DNA of 63,617 bases, filler included. It is 6 parts of 6 records of this genome, joined end to end, with 100 filler letters (N's around TTAATTAATTAA, not from the genome) between each part and the next. Parts side by side here need not be neighbours in the genome. Positions count along the whole stretch, not along the records: positions 13,027 to 30,633 come from DRR723986_16074; positions 30,734 to 51,406 come from DRR723986_16080; 4 more parts are not named here. One strand, 5' to 3'. Numbering within the stretch: the first letter of the stretch is position 1; each line of letters starts with the position of its first letter. The notes below the pieces were generated by a model. It was not told where the DNA came from. It ran no database searches and saw only the letters and a list, made by a program, of their open reading frames with translations. Position numbers and translations under genes: made by a program. Below, piece by piece: positions 20,501-30,998 of this stretch.

Positions 20501-21579
20501 AGAACGTCCCTGTCCTCTAAATCGTAAGCGATGAGCGCCGTACCTTCCAATGCCCAGCGGTACTGATTACGCAACGATTCTGAGGCAGGATCAAACTGAT
20601 AAATTAACGCGGCACGTTGGCCCAAAAAACGACAAGCATTTTCCAGTGCATTAATTATCTCACGGTCCAAAGTATGCAGTTCCGCCTGCACAAACCCTTT
20701 CGCAATTGCCGACAGCAACTGTTCCAACTGAAAGTGAAATTCAAGGCGCTCGCTCTCACTCGAATCAATAGATTGTACTTCAGAACTCCGGCTGCTGTCA
20801 CTCTGGGAAACTTTCGGCTCAGATTGATTAGCAGAAAGAGTCAACAAAAAGTGGACGGGCTCCAAGCCCACTATCTGCCGGACAGATAAGGTGAGTGCTA
20901 CTCTTGATTTATCGACTCGATCCATTAGACATGGTTGCGGCTTCAAATTCTCAGCCAGGCCCGATAGATACTCCGGACTGAACACCACATCGCTTTTACT
21001 ATCAGTGGCAATCAGCCGTACAACACTCTGTATCTGGTGGCCGTTAATGCTTTCGCTACCAGTGGCCAGCAGATTTTGGCAGGCATGATTGACATAGAAG
21101 ACCCTGAGCTGTTTATCAACAGCGATAACGGCATCGGACCCGGGTTCAACAATCGAAGCCAGAAGCTTCTGTGTTTGCGCGTCCTGCCGGCTGGATTGAC
21201 TACGAAATATTTCGGTGTTAATACTCAACTCAAGTTCTTGTTCATCAATGGGTGTTCTACAGTCAAAATACGCATTCTTTCCGCGCTCCGTAACACCTGG
21301 AATGCCAGATGAATTTGGCGTCAGGAACAATTTGGGGACATCAGTGGCATCCATAGATCGAAGTAATTTTTCGATCTCGCTTTTGTTGTAGAGTGAATCT
21401 TGCCCAATCAATACCAGTTCCGGTCTTTGAGCCCCTGAAAATGGTTGGGCAACCTTATTGGCATCTACCTTGTTTTGCACTGGGTCTACAACTTGAAACC
21501 CGCGTCGAACAAGCAAATCATGTAGTGACTGTCCTTCCGCTTTACCGTCAGTCAAAAGTAAAATGCTTTTGGTTGGCAT
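17512..21579 (-). CDS. Multi-PAS/GAF sensor histidine kinase with degenerate N-terminal receiver-like domain
   Basis: About six PAS/PAC units ending in DIT/DVT/DMT, one GAF-like region, H-box VSHEFRTPL, DSGVGI and GTGLGL. Confidence 0.92.
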   Translation of the reverse strand: MPTKSILLLTDGKAEGQSLHDLLVRRGFQVVDPVQNKVDANKVAQPFSGAQRPELVLIGQDSLYNKSEIEKLLRSMDATDVPKLFLTPNSSGIPGVTERGKNAYFDCRTPIDEQELELSINTEIFRSQSSRQDAQTQKLLASIVEPGSDAVIAVDKQLRVFYVNHACQNLLATGSESINGHQIQSVVRLIATDSKSDVVFSPEYLSGLAENLKPQPCLMDRVDKSRVALTLSVRQIVGLEPVHFLLTLSANQSEPKVSQSDSSRSSEVQSIDSSESERLEFHFQLEQLLSAIAKGFVQAELHTLDREIINALENACRFLGQRAALIYQFDPASESLRNQYRWALEGTALIAYDLEDRDVLNDLHLLLQERLLGWLGQERIERCEGLQKWLRGLGLRGVRIYPLQAHEGVFGLLMFCQDTAEETFDAHTLAQIESIAELIANAEERRQIHVSLRKSESYLNLAQNVAEIGSWEYSPGRDQTTSSVQLNKLFGLTVASKPQSFRGWRKVIHEDDRNRVVAGIINALRDGAAYSTTYRIIRSDGNVRWHHIKARVVRDTFGENRLIAVNYDITDRKAYQDKLEASERRYRQLVEATPDAIIVHRNNEIIYANPASARMLCAPDAQDLIGRTVMEFVHPDFRDFVAQRVKRVQNESQPAPLAAQRLLRLDGKSIDVEIIGIPVNYDDEIATQAIIRDMTERNITQMRLRESEEKLRLMVEHANDAIFTLRQDFEISYISPAIQTQIGQEPEFFLGRPLQRWIHGEDVAGFESALEVLESAPHKKVEVEYRIRNVMREWRWHSTTLSVILNEEGDIQGFVGVAKDVTRRKEVEEALIGSEREMRAMFEQAHDAILLFDAKGFRILDVNERACILYRHSRESLLQVSPRNLSSDSTGIVKHLEQVVSQHGMVASQASHVRADGNKLLLELNSSLVNYKGAQAVLCSIRDVTAQVKAQEEIRKLSLVASKTSNGVVITDSDGIVEWVNQGFTRITGYALEDVSGRKIGDLKSGPATDPQTLIEIDAGIKYGHKVDAEILNYNQQGSTYWAQLQITPIEQNEQSGSHNFVTVMTDITDLKHHEAELKAAKRELEASNQVLEIRVTERTKDLEMTMRKLSEALEKEKLLHDLKSRFVSMVSHEFRTPLSGILSSAELLDLYLERLEVDERKSKFEQIYHAVGRMTEILDQVISLSQSEALTQSFEPRNILMPAFVNSTIKQFRGEFSPSQEFEFEVVRPEDRPVSHSEKAMVDVNLLEPALIGVLKNAAQYSAAETTVLIRLYLNVEDVVIRVTDSGVGIPKDEVNLIFEPFHRAANVEIVPGTGLGLVFVKQCVERHGGAVSVESLLGHGTTVTLKLPRRMDE

Positions 21580-21820
21580 GTGACGATTCTCTCACAAATA
21601 CATGCGTGGTCAATGCGGAAAGAAATGACGTAGAAATGAGCCTGGGAGATGGCCCGGAATTCAGCAGGAAGATTGGAAAGCACACCCCGCAAATCCAATC
21701 AGTTGACAAATGCCAGGGGCACTCTGCCGCGCACAAGATAAACCCGGAGTTTTAGAGCAGATACAACTATTTACCATCTAATAAACAGAAGTATATCCAC
21801 ATAGTCAAACCGGAACATTT

Positions 21821-22612
21821 TTAACGCTTGTCCCGTGAGATTTCCCAGAGAAACCAGTATTTAAGCGCAACGGACCAGGCAGCGCTGCAGGCCACCAAAA
21901 GACCGCGGTATCCATCCAGAAATCCTCGACGGATTATGTACTTTTTTATAAATGCTATCGGCGGATTCAGCAGTAGGCTGACAGCAGAAAACCGCCTTCC
22001 CATCTTTGCGTAACTCTGAGCACTGATTCTGGCATAACGCACGCTCCGCAGCATGTGGTCCTGCAAGTCACGATACGAATAGTGAATCAAATCACCATCC
22101 AAATCTCCTGAGGGAACTTCAGCAACGAGTTTATCGTGAGGGTCGTAGCCCTGCCACGCAGGATTGACCTTACGCTGAACCAGGCGCAGCTTCCAGTCAG
22201 GCTGCCAGGAATGGCGCAATAAAACTCCCAAATAATGCGTTCGCCGATTGACGCGATAAGCCTTTTGCGTTGAGTCCTCAATTGCTCGGCGAATCGAAGC
22301 CTCCAATGCCGGAGTCAAGACTTCATCTGCATCCAAGGACAGAATCCAGTCTTCTGAGCACAGCTTCAGAGCGTGATTCTTCTGATCGATATGCCCGGTC
22401 CACGCGCGGTATTCCACCCGTGCACCGTATTCGGCAGCGATGGTGCAAGTGTCATCCTTGGAACCCGAGTCAAGCACAACTATCTCTCGTGCCATCGACT
22501 TTACAGAATCCAGCGTTCGCGCTAAATTCTCCGCCTCATTCAGCGTGATGATTGCCACCGACAAAGGTAAGCTCTGATTGGCCGCTCCTCGCTCCACTTC
22601 CGTACTCCCCAC
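21821..22612 (-). CDS. GT2 glycosyltransferase, WaaE/KdtX-like (LPS core glucosyltransferase family)
   Basis: LSVAIITLNE, VLDSGS.D.T, QKN.AL, WILSLDADE, GFLDG..G. Start codon uncertain. Confidence 0.85.
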   Translation of the reverse strand: MGSTEVERGAANQSLPLSVAIITLNEAENLARTLDSVKSMAREIVVLDSGSKDDTCTIAAEYGARVEYRAWTGHIDQKNHALKLCSEDWILSLDADEVLTPALEASIRRAIEDSTQKAYRVNRRTHYLGVLLRHSWQPDWKLRLVQRKVNPAWQGYDPHDKLVAEVPSGDLDGDLIHYSYRDLQDHMLRSVRYARISAQSYAKMGRRFSAVSLLLNPPIAFIKKYIIRRGFLDGYRGLLVACSAAWSVALKYWFLWEISRDKR

Positions 22613-22989
22613 AGCATAAGCAAAAACAAAGATACGAACACGTCAGCAGATTCAACCAGACCGAATTTTTGAGCTTTTGTACAATGTCGAAAATCGCGGA
22701 TTGCCCCGCACTAATTTTCTGCATTGCTGACCGCTTACCTTTTTTGCGTAATTTTGCAACCGGTTACGTGGAGATTCAAATCCATTGTGACTACGACAAT
22801 TGAATTTCAGTCGCATTGGAGCCTGTTTTGGCACCGATTAGGCGCTTTCTGAGCCAGCCATACTGCATCGTTCACAGACACCGACGCATCATTTTTGGCC
22901 GAAGTAGTTGCCGTATTCCGATTGACACTGACTTTCTTTTCCAACATTGCGACGTGACTTTTTCGCGTCGGAGTCTAGAGGATTTTTAT

Positions 22990-23715
22990 ATGAATAGCTT
23001 TTTTCGAACGGCGATGATCGCCACAACGGGGATTTTCATGATGTTTTCGGCCTGTTCGGATGCCGGTGGAGCAGCGCAAAGCGCTGATGGTAAAAACGTA
23101 GAACTCAAAACCGACTCTTCAAAATTTGCCTACTCGCTTGGTCTTGACGTCGGAACTACCATTGTTCAAATGGGCGAATCCGACAAATTTGACATGGACG
23201 CTTTCCTCGCCGGCCTCAACGACACACTCAGTGGTCGTAGTGCTCGCCTCACGCCAGAAGAAGCCAATGCCGTCCGCACTGCATACATGAATGCTGCTCG
23301 CGAGCGCGCTGCTGAACAAGCACAGGTTGAAAACGCAAAGTATCTGGACGAAAACAAAGCACGTCCTGAAGTAAAAACTACGGCCTCCGGCCTGCAGTAT
23401 GAAGTCATGCAGGAAGGTACCGGCGCGCAGCCTACAGCCGCAGACCAGGTTACTGTGCACTACACAGGTACACTGGTTAACGGTAACAAATTTGACTCCT
23501 CCGTTGATCGTGGTCAGCCGGCAACATTCGGTCTTGGCCAGGTCATCAAAGGTTGGACTGAAGGTCTGCAGCTGATGAAAGTTGGTGCAAAGTACCGCTT
23601 TACTATTCCTTCAGAACTCGGATATGGCGCTCGTGAAGTTGGTAATGGATTGATTCCTGCTAACTCCGTCCTGATTTTCGACGTAGAGCTCATCTCCATC
23701 GGTGGTGGTGAATAA
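22990..23715 (+). CDS. FKBP-type PPIase (Mip/FkpA-like), probable lipoprotein
   Basis: FSAC lipobox, YSLG FKBP_N domain, TTASGLQY, VHYTG, FDSS, VIKGWTEG, LIFDVEL; GAGG RBS before ATG 22990. Confidence 0.95.
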   Translation: MNSFFRTAMIATTGIFMMFSACSDAGGAAQSADGKNVELKTDSSKFAYSLGLDVGTTIVQMGESDKFDMDAFLAGLNDTLSGRSARLTPEEANAVRTAYMNAARERAAEQAQVENAKYLDENKARPEVKTTASGLQYEVMQEGTGAQPTAADQVTVHYTGTLVNGNKFDSSVDRGQPATFGLGQVIKGWTEGLQLMKVGAKYRFTIPSELGYGAREVGNGLIPANSVLIFDVELISIGGGE

Positions 23716-23754
23716 GAATTGCTTCGGTCCAGCCGAGACACATTCTAATACAGA

Positions 23755-23797
23755 AAAACCCGACGATAAACAGCTAAACAGCTAATCGTCGGGTTTT
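23755..23797. terminator. Bidirectional terminator between FKBP gene and parC
   Basis: AAAACCCGACGAT...ATCGTCGGGTTTT 13-bp inverted repeat between convergent genes. Confidence 0.75.
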
Positions 23798-23834
23798 CTA
23801 TTTTAAACTCACCTGAATACTCAGGTTTCAAGAC

Positions 23835-26615
23835 TTACGACTCTTCACTACTGATCTTCTTCAGGCTTGTGATTCGTTTATACGGTCCCAGTTTGTTGCC
23901 CTGTGACTGCCGCCCACGAACATCGATGAAGTCACCCAGTGCTACGCTGGCTTCGCCTCTGTCACCGCGCTTTAAGCCCGTATACTTAAAACTCACTTCG
24001 GGATTTTCAGTGGCGTCCACAAACTCCAGCTTAGTAGACTTGTGGTCCGTAACAAAGCTGAAGCGCTTGTCTACTGTTTTGGTGTCAATCTGGAAACGTT
24101 TAACGTAGTAATTCTTACTCTCACCATCCAGATAAATGACATTTAAAACGTCCTCCGGGTCGAACTTTTTGATCAGAGCCAACTTGTCGGCCTCAAATCG
24201 TTTGCTGACCTCGTACTGCGTCAGTTCATAGGTTCCATCGCGGTGCACAACCAGGATGCGATCCTCACCTTCAAAACTTCCCAGGTACATTCCGCGTTCG
24301 TCAGTATTGAGTTTGCCTACGGCATCGTCATAGTACAGGTCAAGTCCACCAAGAGTCGATGCACCCTGAGATTTCTGTACAACTTTGCGTATTGCATAAC
24401 GCGAAATCGTATTGCCTTTGGCATTGCGATTCTTGATTTCCAGCTCGGCAAAATCGTAGTCGAATTCCTTAATGCGCGCACGGGCGCGGGCATCGATCAT
24501 GACCGTCACAATCTCAGATTCGCTATTTGGGTTTGCCGTGAAATACAAGAGTTTTGAACCTTTTGTGCCCGTCGTCACATCGTATTCGCGGTCCCGCGTT
24601 CCAGCAGTCATGTTAAAACGTTTGGCATAGGTTTTCCCGCTCGCACCGTCGCGATACAACACATTGTACACCATGCGTTCATCGTTGCGTTTCCAGACTG
24701 CCACATGCAGGATATCTTTACCTACAAACGCTTTATCGGAAACTTTGGTGATCAGATAACCTCCATCGCGGCGGAAAACAATGATGTCATCGATATCCGA
24801 ACACTCACCTACAAACTCATCTTTCTTGAGACTGTAGCCGATGAAGCCGTCTTTGCGGTTAACATATAACTTCTGGTTAGCCGCCGCCACCGTAGTAACT
24901 GCAATTGTGTCAAACTCACGGACTTCTGTCCGGCGCTCACGCCCCTTGCCATATTTCTTTAACAATGCCTTAAAGTAGTTAATCGCATATTCGGTTAACT
25001 CCTCCAGGTTGTGCTCTACGTCAGCCATCTCATCTTCGATATCGTTAATGACCTCATCAGCCTTAAACGAATCGTAGCGCGAGATGCGTTTGATCTTGAT
25101 TTCCGTCAGCTTGACAATATCATCACGTGTAACTTCGCGATGTAAACTGGGCTTAAACGGCTCCAAACCTTCATCGATTGTCGAGATTACAGCTTCCCAG
25201 GTTTCGCATTCTTCAATGCGGCGGTAGATGCGATTCTCGATGAAAATCTTTTCGAGCGAACTAAAATGCCAGCGTTCCGCCAACTCAGCCAGGCGAATCT
25301 CAAGTTCACGCTTTAACAATTGCACAGTCTGATCCGTGGAACGCATCAGGCACTCATTCACGCTCACAAACTCAGGGCGATTGTTGGCGATGACACAGCA
25401 ATTGGGCGAAATCGACACTTCGCAGTTGGTAAAGGCATACAGCGCATCTACAGTGACGTCAGGCGATGTGTTCGGCGCCAGATGCACTAAAATGTTAACA
25501 TGTTTAGCCGTCTGGTCTTCAACCTTCTTGATCTTAATTTTACCCGAATCATTGGCTTTGATGATCGAATCAATCAGACTCTGCGTCGTGACGCCATACG
25601 GAATACTCGTTATGTTTAAGGTACGTTTTTCGAGCATATCAATATGTGCGCGCAGGCGAACTTTGCCGCCTTTCTGGCCGCCATTATAGTTAGCGGCATC
25701 CATCATCCCACCGTTCGGGAAATCCGGAATAAGATTTGGCTTGCGGCCTTTCAAAAACGCAATTGACGCCTCGATAAGCTCGCAAAAGTTGTGCGGCATG
25801 ATCTTGGTCGCCAAACCAACCGCAATTCCTTCGACGCCCTGTGCCAGCAAAAGGGGAAACTTTACAGGCAGGTCCACAGGTTCTTTGTTACGCCCGTCGT
25901 AGGAAGCCTGCCACTCCGTCGTTTGCGGATTAAACACAACTTCCAGCGCAAATCGCGAAAGGCGTGTTTCAATGTATCGCGGCGCGGCGGCGCGGTCCCC
26001 CGTGCGTGTGTCCCCCCAGTTCCCCTGCGTTTCTATCAGAAGTTCTTTTTGCCCAAGGTTAACAATCGCTTCGCCAATTGCAGCATCACCATGTGGATGG
26101 AACTGCATTGTGTGTCCAATAACATTTGCGACCTTGTGAAAGCGGCCGTCATCCATGCGCCGCATCGAATGCAGAATACGGCGTTGCACTGGTTTTAAGC
26201 CATCTTCCAGCGCCGGAACAGCCCGCTCAAGAATCACATAGGAAGCATAGTCCAGGTAATAATTCTCGTACATGCCGTCAACAGCAACAAGGCCATTGGC
26301 ACTTAAAGTCCCGGAGTGAATATCCGCTTCTTCTTCTGCCTCAATTTCTACCGCCTCAACTACCTCGATTTGCTCGCCGTCTGCAACATCAGATTCTGCG
26401 TCCTCTGCAGCCGGCGTCTCGACCTTCTCTACAGCATCGTCTGCCCCTGTTGTAGATTCGGCACTGGAAGTCTCAGCGTCTTGCGGACGCTGACTCGTTT
26501 GCGGAGTAACTTTGGATGTCTGCTCCTCGCTGCCCTGCTCTTGACTACCCCGCTCTCCACCACTACCCGCAAAGAGGTCCGGCGTCTCCGGTTTTGGGCC
26601 TTTACGCTTCGCCAT
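23835..26615 (-). CDS. parC: DNA topoisomerase IV subunit A (Bacteroidota/Chlamydia-type ParC/GyrA family)
   Basis: [25 protein letters not shown], catalytic [16 protein letters not shown]; overlaps the end of the B-subunit gene. Confidence 0.9.
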   Translation of the reverse strand: MAKRKGPKPETPDLFAGSGGERGSQEQGSEEQTSKVTPQTSQRPQDAETSSAESTTGADDAVEKVETPAAEDAESDVADGEQIEVVEAVEIEAEEEADIHSGTLSANGLVAVDGMYENYYLDYASYVILERAVPALEDGLKPVQRRILHSMRRMDDGRFHKVANVIGHTMQFHPHGDAAIGEAIVNLGQKELLIETQGNWGDTRTGDRAAAPRYIETRLSRFALEVVFNPQTTEWQASYDGRNKEPVDLPVKFPLLLAQGVEGIAVGLATKIMPHNFCELIEASIAFLKGRKPNLIPDFPNGGMMDAANYNGGQKGGKVRLRAHIDMLEKRTLNITSIPYGVTTQSLIDSIIKANDSGKIKIKKVEDQTAKHVNILVHLAPNTSPDVTVDALYAFTNCEVSISPNCCVIANNRPEFVSVNECLMRSTDQTVQLLKRELEIRLAELAERWHFSSLEKIFIENRIYRRIEECETWEAVISTIDEGLEPFKPSLHREVTRDDIVKLTEIKIKRISRYDSFKADEVINDIEDEMADVEHNLEELTEYAINYFKALLKKYGKGRERRTEVREFDTIAVTTVAAANQKLYVNRKDGFIGYSLKKDEFVGECSDIDDIIVFRRDGGYLITKVSDKAFVGKDILHVAVWKRNDERMVYNVLYRDGASGKTYAKRFNMTAGTRDREYDVTTGTKGSKLLYFTANPNSESEIVTVMIDARARARIKEFDYDFAELEIKNRNAKGNTISRYAIRKVVQKSQGASTLGGLDLYYDDAVGKLNTDERGMYLGSFEGEDRILVVHRDGTYELTQYEVSKRFEADKLALIKKFDPEDVLNVIYLDGESKNYYVKRFQIDTKTVDKRFSFVTDHKSTKLEFVDATENPEVSFKYTGLKRGDRGEASVALGDFIDVRGRQSQGNKLGPYKRITSLKKISSEES

Positions 26616-28482
26616 ATTCGGCCTCCTCTTCTTCAATCAGATCCTGCTCAGTACGCAAATTCTGGACAATGAATTGCTGGCGCACCGGCGTGTTTTTGCC
26701 CATGTAATAACTTAACAGTTTCGTCAGCGGCGTATCACTCTTTAAGGTCACAGGGCTCAGGCGAATAGACTCACCAATAAACCCTTCGAACTCGTCTGGA
26801 GAAATCTCACCAAGCCCCTTAAATCGCGTAATCTCGGCGTTTTTGCCCAGTTCGTTCAGGGCTTTCTGCTTTTCTTCCTCGTCGTAACAGTATATCGTGC
26901 GCTTTTTGGTGCGCACTCGGAACAGTGGTGTCTCCAATATGAAAACATGGCCCTTGCGTACCAGTTCCGGAAAAAACTGCAGGAAGAAGGTAAGCATCAG
27001 CAGGCGAATGTGCATGCCGTCCACATCCGCATCAGTTGAAATAACCACACGATTGTAGCGCAGGCCGTCAAGCCCGTCTTCAATGTTTAAGGCGTGCTGT
27101 AAAAGGTTAAACTCCTCGTTCTCATACACGACGCGTTTTTTCAAACCAAAAGAATTAAGCGGTTTCCCACGCAGAGAAAACACTGCCTGCGTGCCCACAT
27201 CACGTGACTTCGTAAGCGAACCACTGGCCGAATCACCCTCGGTGATAAACAGCGTAGAACCGTCGCGTTTATCTTCCGGAGCTTTGCTGTCGTTGAGATG
27301 ATACTTACAGTCACGCAGCTTCTTGTTGTGCAGGTTGGCTTTTTTGGCACGCTGATTTGCCAGCTTTTTAATGCCCGCCATCTCCTTGCGTTCGCGCTCG
27401 GATTGCACAATCCGTTTTAACAGTGCGTCCGCCGTTTGCGGATTTTTGTGCAGGTAATCATCAAGTCGCGTTTGTACAAAATCGATAATAAACCCACGTA
27501 CAGATGTCCCGCCGGGAACCATGGTCTGTGAGCCCAGCTTGGTTTTAGTCTGCGACTCAAAGATTGGCTCCTGGATGCGCACGCTGATCGCTCCCAACAC
27601 AGAAGCCCGAATATCCGCTGCATCAAAGTCCTTCTTGAAAAAGTCGCGCGCTGTTTTAACAAGTGCCTCGCGGAAGGCATTCAGGTGTGTTCCGCCCTGG
27701 GTGGTATGCTGTCCGTTAACAAAGGAATAATACTGCTCGCCGTACTGCGCCCCGTGGCTCAGCGCAAACTCGATGTCCTCATCACGCACATGAATAAGTG
27801 GATAGCGCAGCTCCTCCACGTCCGTCGAATGTGTTAACAGGTCCTTAAGCCCATCCTTGGATTGGTACTTCTGCCCATTAAACACAATCGTCAGGCCCGC
27901 ATTCAAATAACAATAATAACGGATCTGATTTTCAAGGTACTCCGGCACAAACCGGAATTTTTTAAACACCTCCTGGTCAGGCTCAAATACAAACTTGGTT
28001 CCATTCCGCTGAGTCGTGGACTGTAAACGTTTGTTAGCCACGATCTTGCCGCCGGCAAACTCTGCGACCTTCATCTTGCCTTCTCGTATACTCTGTACCA
28101 GGAAGTATTCCGAAAGTGCGTTTACAGCCTTCGTACCTACCCCGTTTAGTCCCACCGACTTTTTAAATGCCTTACTGTCAAACTTCCCGCCAGTGTTAAT
28201 TTGCGAAACACAGTCTACCACCTTCCCCAGTGGTATGCCGCGTCCGTAATCCCGTACCGTCACGCGTTGTTCATTTACCGTTATCTCAATAGTTTTACCG
28301 AATCCCATCACGTGCTCGTCTATCGAATTGTCCACCACTTCCTTGATCAGCACGTAAATGCCGTCGTCAGCCGAAGAACCATCCCCAAGTTTTCCAATGT
28401 ACATCCCCGGTCTCAACCGGATATGCTCCATCGGATCAAGCGACTTGATGCTGTCTTCAGTATAGCCATGCTGCACAGCCAT
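26602..28482 (-). CDS. parE: DNA topoisomerase IV subunit B
   Basis: [60 protein letters not shown]. Confidence 0.92.
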   Translation of the reverse strand: MAVQHGYTEDSIKSLDPMEHIRLRPGMYIGKLGDGSSADDGIYVLIKEVVDNSIDEHVMGFGKTIEITVNEQRVTVRDYGRGIPLGKVVDCVSQINTGGKFDSKAFKKSVGLNGVGTKAVNALSEYFLVQSIREGKMKVAEFAGGKIVANKRLQSTTQRNGTKFVFEPDQEVFKKFRFVPEYLENQIRYYCYLNAGLTIVFNGQKYQSKDGLKDLLTHSTDVEELRYPLIHVRDEDIEFALSHGAQYGEQYYSFVNGQHTTQGGTHLNAFREALVKTARDFFKKDFDAADIRASVLGAISVRIQEPIFESQTKTKLGSQTMVPGGTSVRGFIIDFVQTRLDDYLHKNPQTADALLKRIVQSERERKEMAGIKKLANQRAKKANLHNKKLRDCKYHLNDSKAPEDKRDGSTLFITEGDSASGSLTKSRDVGTQAVFSLRGKPLNSFGLKKRVVYENEEFNLLQHALNIEDGLDGLRYNRVVISTDADVDGMHIRLLMLTFFLQFFPELVRKGHVFILETPLFRVRTKKRTIYCYDEEEKQKALNELGKNAEITRFKGLGEISPDEFEGFIGESIRLSPVTLKSDTPLTKLLSYYMGKNTPVRQQFIVQNLRTEQDLIEEEEAEYGEA

Positions 28483-28745
28483 ACGCTTCCTCTTCCCTTT
28501 GTTGTTCTCTTGCCTTCACTAAAGGCTGCCAAAATACAAATTTCACGACTTCCACTAGCGATTCAGTCAAAACGACAGAATTTTCCACACATCAATCCGA
28601 CGCATCTGTCAGATAGTCAGTTCGTGCCAAAACACACCTGTCATATCCGCAGCCCATGTCACATTTGACAGACCACATTTGCCAATTCTCTGTCTCTTCT
28701 GCCAGCATGACAGAATTTCAACCGAATTTGGCCGCAAAATAGAAT

Positions 28746-28761
28746 TGGCACGCTACTTGTA
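28746..28761 (+). promoter_or_regulatory. Putative sigma54 (-24/-12) promoter of hsp20 pair
   Basis: TGGCACG-CTAC-TTGTA versus consensus TGGCACG-N4-TTGCW. Perfect -24 box, one mismatch at -12, ~100 bp before the ATG. Confidence 0.6.
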
Positions 28762-28857
28762 GGGTATGGGGCGTACTGCAAAACGGGTACAATCAAAACC
28801 TAAAAACACAACTTTTCATATTTCAGCAAACATTTCACATTCTACGAGGATCAAACC

Positions 28858-29310
28858 ATGTTGACTCCAATCTTACCCACAAACGACTGGCGTAGTTTTG
28901 AAAACAGCGTAAATGACCTGGTCAATGGCGTATTCGGCAAACCCATTTTCGCCGAGAAAAACTCCACAGAAGCTGGGTGGTGGCCGCGTATTGATGTTCT
29001 TGAACGCGATAATGCCTACGAGATTCACGCTGACATTCCAGGTATGGAACCCAAAGACGTCAAACTCGCATTCGATAGCGGTAAGCTGACGATCAGCGGT
29101 GAACGCAACGCCCATACTGAAAGCGAAAACGACAGAGTCCATCGCAGCGAACGCACCTACGGAAAATTCCAGCGCACATTTAAGCTGCCAGATGGCACCA
29201 ACGCCGAAGATATTACTGCCGATTTCAAACATGGTGTCCTCGCAGTTACGGTTCCCAAACCACAGGCTAGCGGCACACATGAAATCGCGATTAACATTTC
29301 CGAAAATTAA
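28858..29310 (+). CDS. Hsp20/alpha-crystallin small heat-shock protein
   Basis: PRIDVLE, ADIPG, LTISGER, ERTYGKFQRTFKLP, FKHGVLAVTVPK; GAGG RBS. Confidence 0.95.
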   Translation: MLTPILPTNDWRSFENSVNDLVNGVFGKPIFAEKNSTEAGWWPRIDVLERDNAYEIHADIPGMEPKDVKLAFDSGKLTISGERNAHTESENDRVHRSERTYGKFQRTFKLPDGTNAEDITADFKHGVLAVTVPKPQASGTHEIAINISEN

Positions 29311-29452
29311 GGCCTGACTCTTCAGTCAACCAGCCGGTTTTACCGGTGTAATATAGATGCGGAAACTCCCCCTGCTTCGGTGGGGGGGAATCCCGCAACC
29401 CACACGCACACTTCCATTAAAACAAACAACATTACGATATAGAGGTTTTATC

Positions 29453-29866
29453 ATGAATGCAACATGCGCCCCAACAAGCTACCGTCGGCAATATGCAACT
29501 CCGTCAACCCCTCGGCAAAGCGCCGAAACAACACGTGCATACAGCCCCGCAAGTGACATCATAGAAAGTGATGACAAAGTTGTATTAAACATTGATCTTC
29601 CGGGGATCGCACCGGCTGAAATTTCAATCAAAATGGTCGATGGTTTGTTAACTATTAAAGCGCAACGCGAACGCGCAACGGGTGACGACAAACCACAATA
29701 CCTACGCCGCGAACGCATGTTTGGCGAATTTGAACGGCGCTTCAGATTACCGCGAACCGTTGATACATCAGCGATTAAAGCGAATTTTAAGCACGGAACG
29801 CTCAGTATTGTAGCGTCAAAAACTCCCCAGGCAATTCCGCGCACGATTGAAATAAATCGAAATTAA
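29453..29866 (+). CDS. Hsp20/alpha-crystallin small heat-shock protein
   Basis: DLPG, ERMFGEFERRFRLP, FKHGTL, IEI C-terminal motif; GAGG RBS before ATG 29453. Confidence 0.93.
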   Translation: MNATCAPTSYRRQYATPSTPRQSAETTRAYSPASDIIESDDKVVLNIDLPGIAPAEISIKMVDGLLTIKAQRERATGDDKPQYLRRERMFGEFERRFRLPRTVDTSAIKANFKHGTLSIVASKTPQAIPRTIEINRN

Positions 29867-30593
29867 TCTTTAACAGAATTGTTCTGTGAGCATCCCAGGA
29901 TATCGCCAGTTTAGGTGTTCGCTGCGTCACAAATTTAGCAGGCTCTAAAGAGAACGCGCGGCAAAACATCTTTTTACACGTATACAATGTGATTGTAATG
30001 CAACGGTTGAAAACATGTACAAACGGTAAAAGTTCTTTTGAACTTTGTGACTAGGATAACACGATTTCCGACGATGATAGGTGTAGATGTTAATAGTTGA
30101 TAGGTATTGAAGTTCGAAGAAGTCAGAGCAATCACAACGCATAGTGACAACTTATCCGGCTACCCAAACGGTAGTCGGATTTGTTGTTTTAAAGCAATTC
30201 CCGCAGAGCAATGCTCGACTCAAGAATAGCACCACATACACCTCGCCGAAGTTCGATTCCAATTTTGCCAGTCGAGTATATTAGGCAAATGTACTATCGA
30301 CTTGATTGCAGCGCCCCCCGCGACCTTGGTGATTTCAGCTTTCAGTTTCGTATATCTATGATTTTTGGTGGCTTGCTTTTTGATCTTTTTGTTAGTAATC
30401 AAGCCCAAATCAGTCCGTAACTGCGTAATTTAACAAGTGTTAAAAGGCACAGTCTAACAGTATTGGCCGCTGCTCCCACAGGCTTTGCGAACCGAATGGC
30501 AATGCGTGAAATTCGGTAACTGACATTTGCATCGTCTACCGTAACGATACGCTTCCGGCCGATTGTCAATTGCTCAGTGAATCACATTTGGGG

Positions 30594-30631
30594 TGTTTCA
30601 ACCCAGTCTAAGAGTCTTGGGGTTAGAAACA
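30594..30631. repeat. Imperfect REP-like hairpin at contig end
   Basis: TGTTTC-AACCC...GGGTT-A-GAAACA inverted repeat where the assembly breaks. Confidence 0.4.
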
Positions 30632-30633
30632 AC

Positions 30634-30733
30634 NNNNNNNNNNNNNNNNNNNNNNNNNNNNNNNNNNNNNNNNNNNNTTAATTAATTAANNNNNNNNNNN
30701 NNNNNNNNNNNNNNNNNNNNNNNNNNNNNNNNN
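30634..30733. other. Artificial contig-join spacer
   Basis: N-run around TTAATTAATTAA, 100 bp. Confidence 0.99.
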
Positions 30734-30783
30734 AGGCTAACAGCTTATGTGGAAAACTTTTGATTCAAAAACCTGCCCGCTCA
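30734..30783. repeat. Palindromic repeat family R2, right arm plus tail
   Basis: Contig starts with AGGCTAACAGCTT (identical to the right-arm start of the 35950-36002 palindrome), then AAAACTTTTGATTCAAAAACCTGCCCGCTCA. Confidence 0.75.
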
Positions 30784-30998
30784 TCAGCTGATCCCGCCCG
30801 CTGAGCCCCAAACCACAAGACTTTAGCCGAATATCCTTGATTCTCTGAACCAAAAGACCGTCCACCAATTCGATCAGATAAACTGAGAACCACAGACGCC
30901 GCTGCCGGCCGGAAACTGCAGTGCGCACAAGCGACATTATCGGCTCAGGTCATTCAGCCACCAGCGACAAGCACGCAGCTTGTTAAAAGCCCAGCCCC

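Noticed and set aside
26070..26105. Ala at the Ser83-equivalent QRDR position of ParC (HPHGDAAI)
   Set aside because: To my knowledge Ala here is usual for this ParC subfamily, so it is not evidence of acquired quinolone resistance.
13649..29866. Cyclophilin, FKBP and two Hsp20 genes as a protein-folding cluster
   Set aside because: They are separated by unrelated genes, on different strands, with no shared operon structure.
30220..30408. Short ORF sharing KVAGGAA with the HNH protein at 40601-41773
   Set aside because: Only 7 low-complexity residues match, flanks do not align, and such matches are expected by chance among six-frame ORFs.
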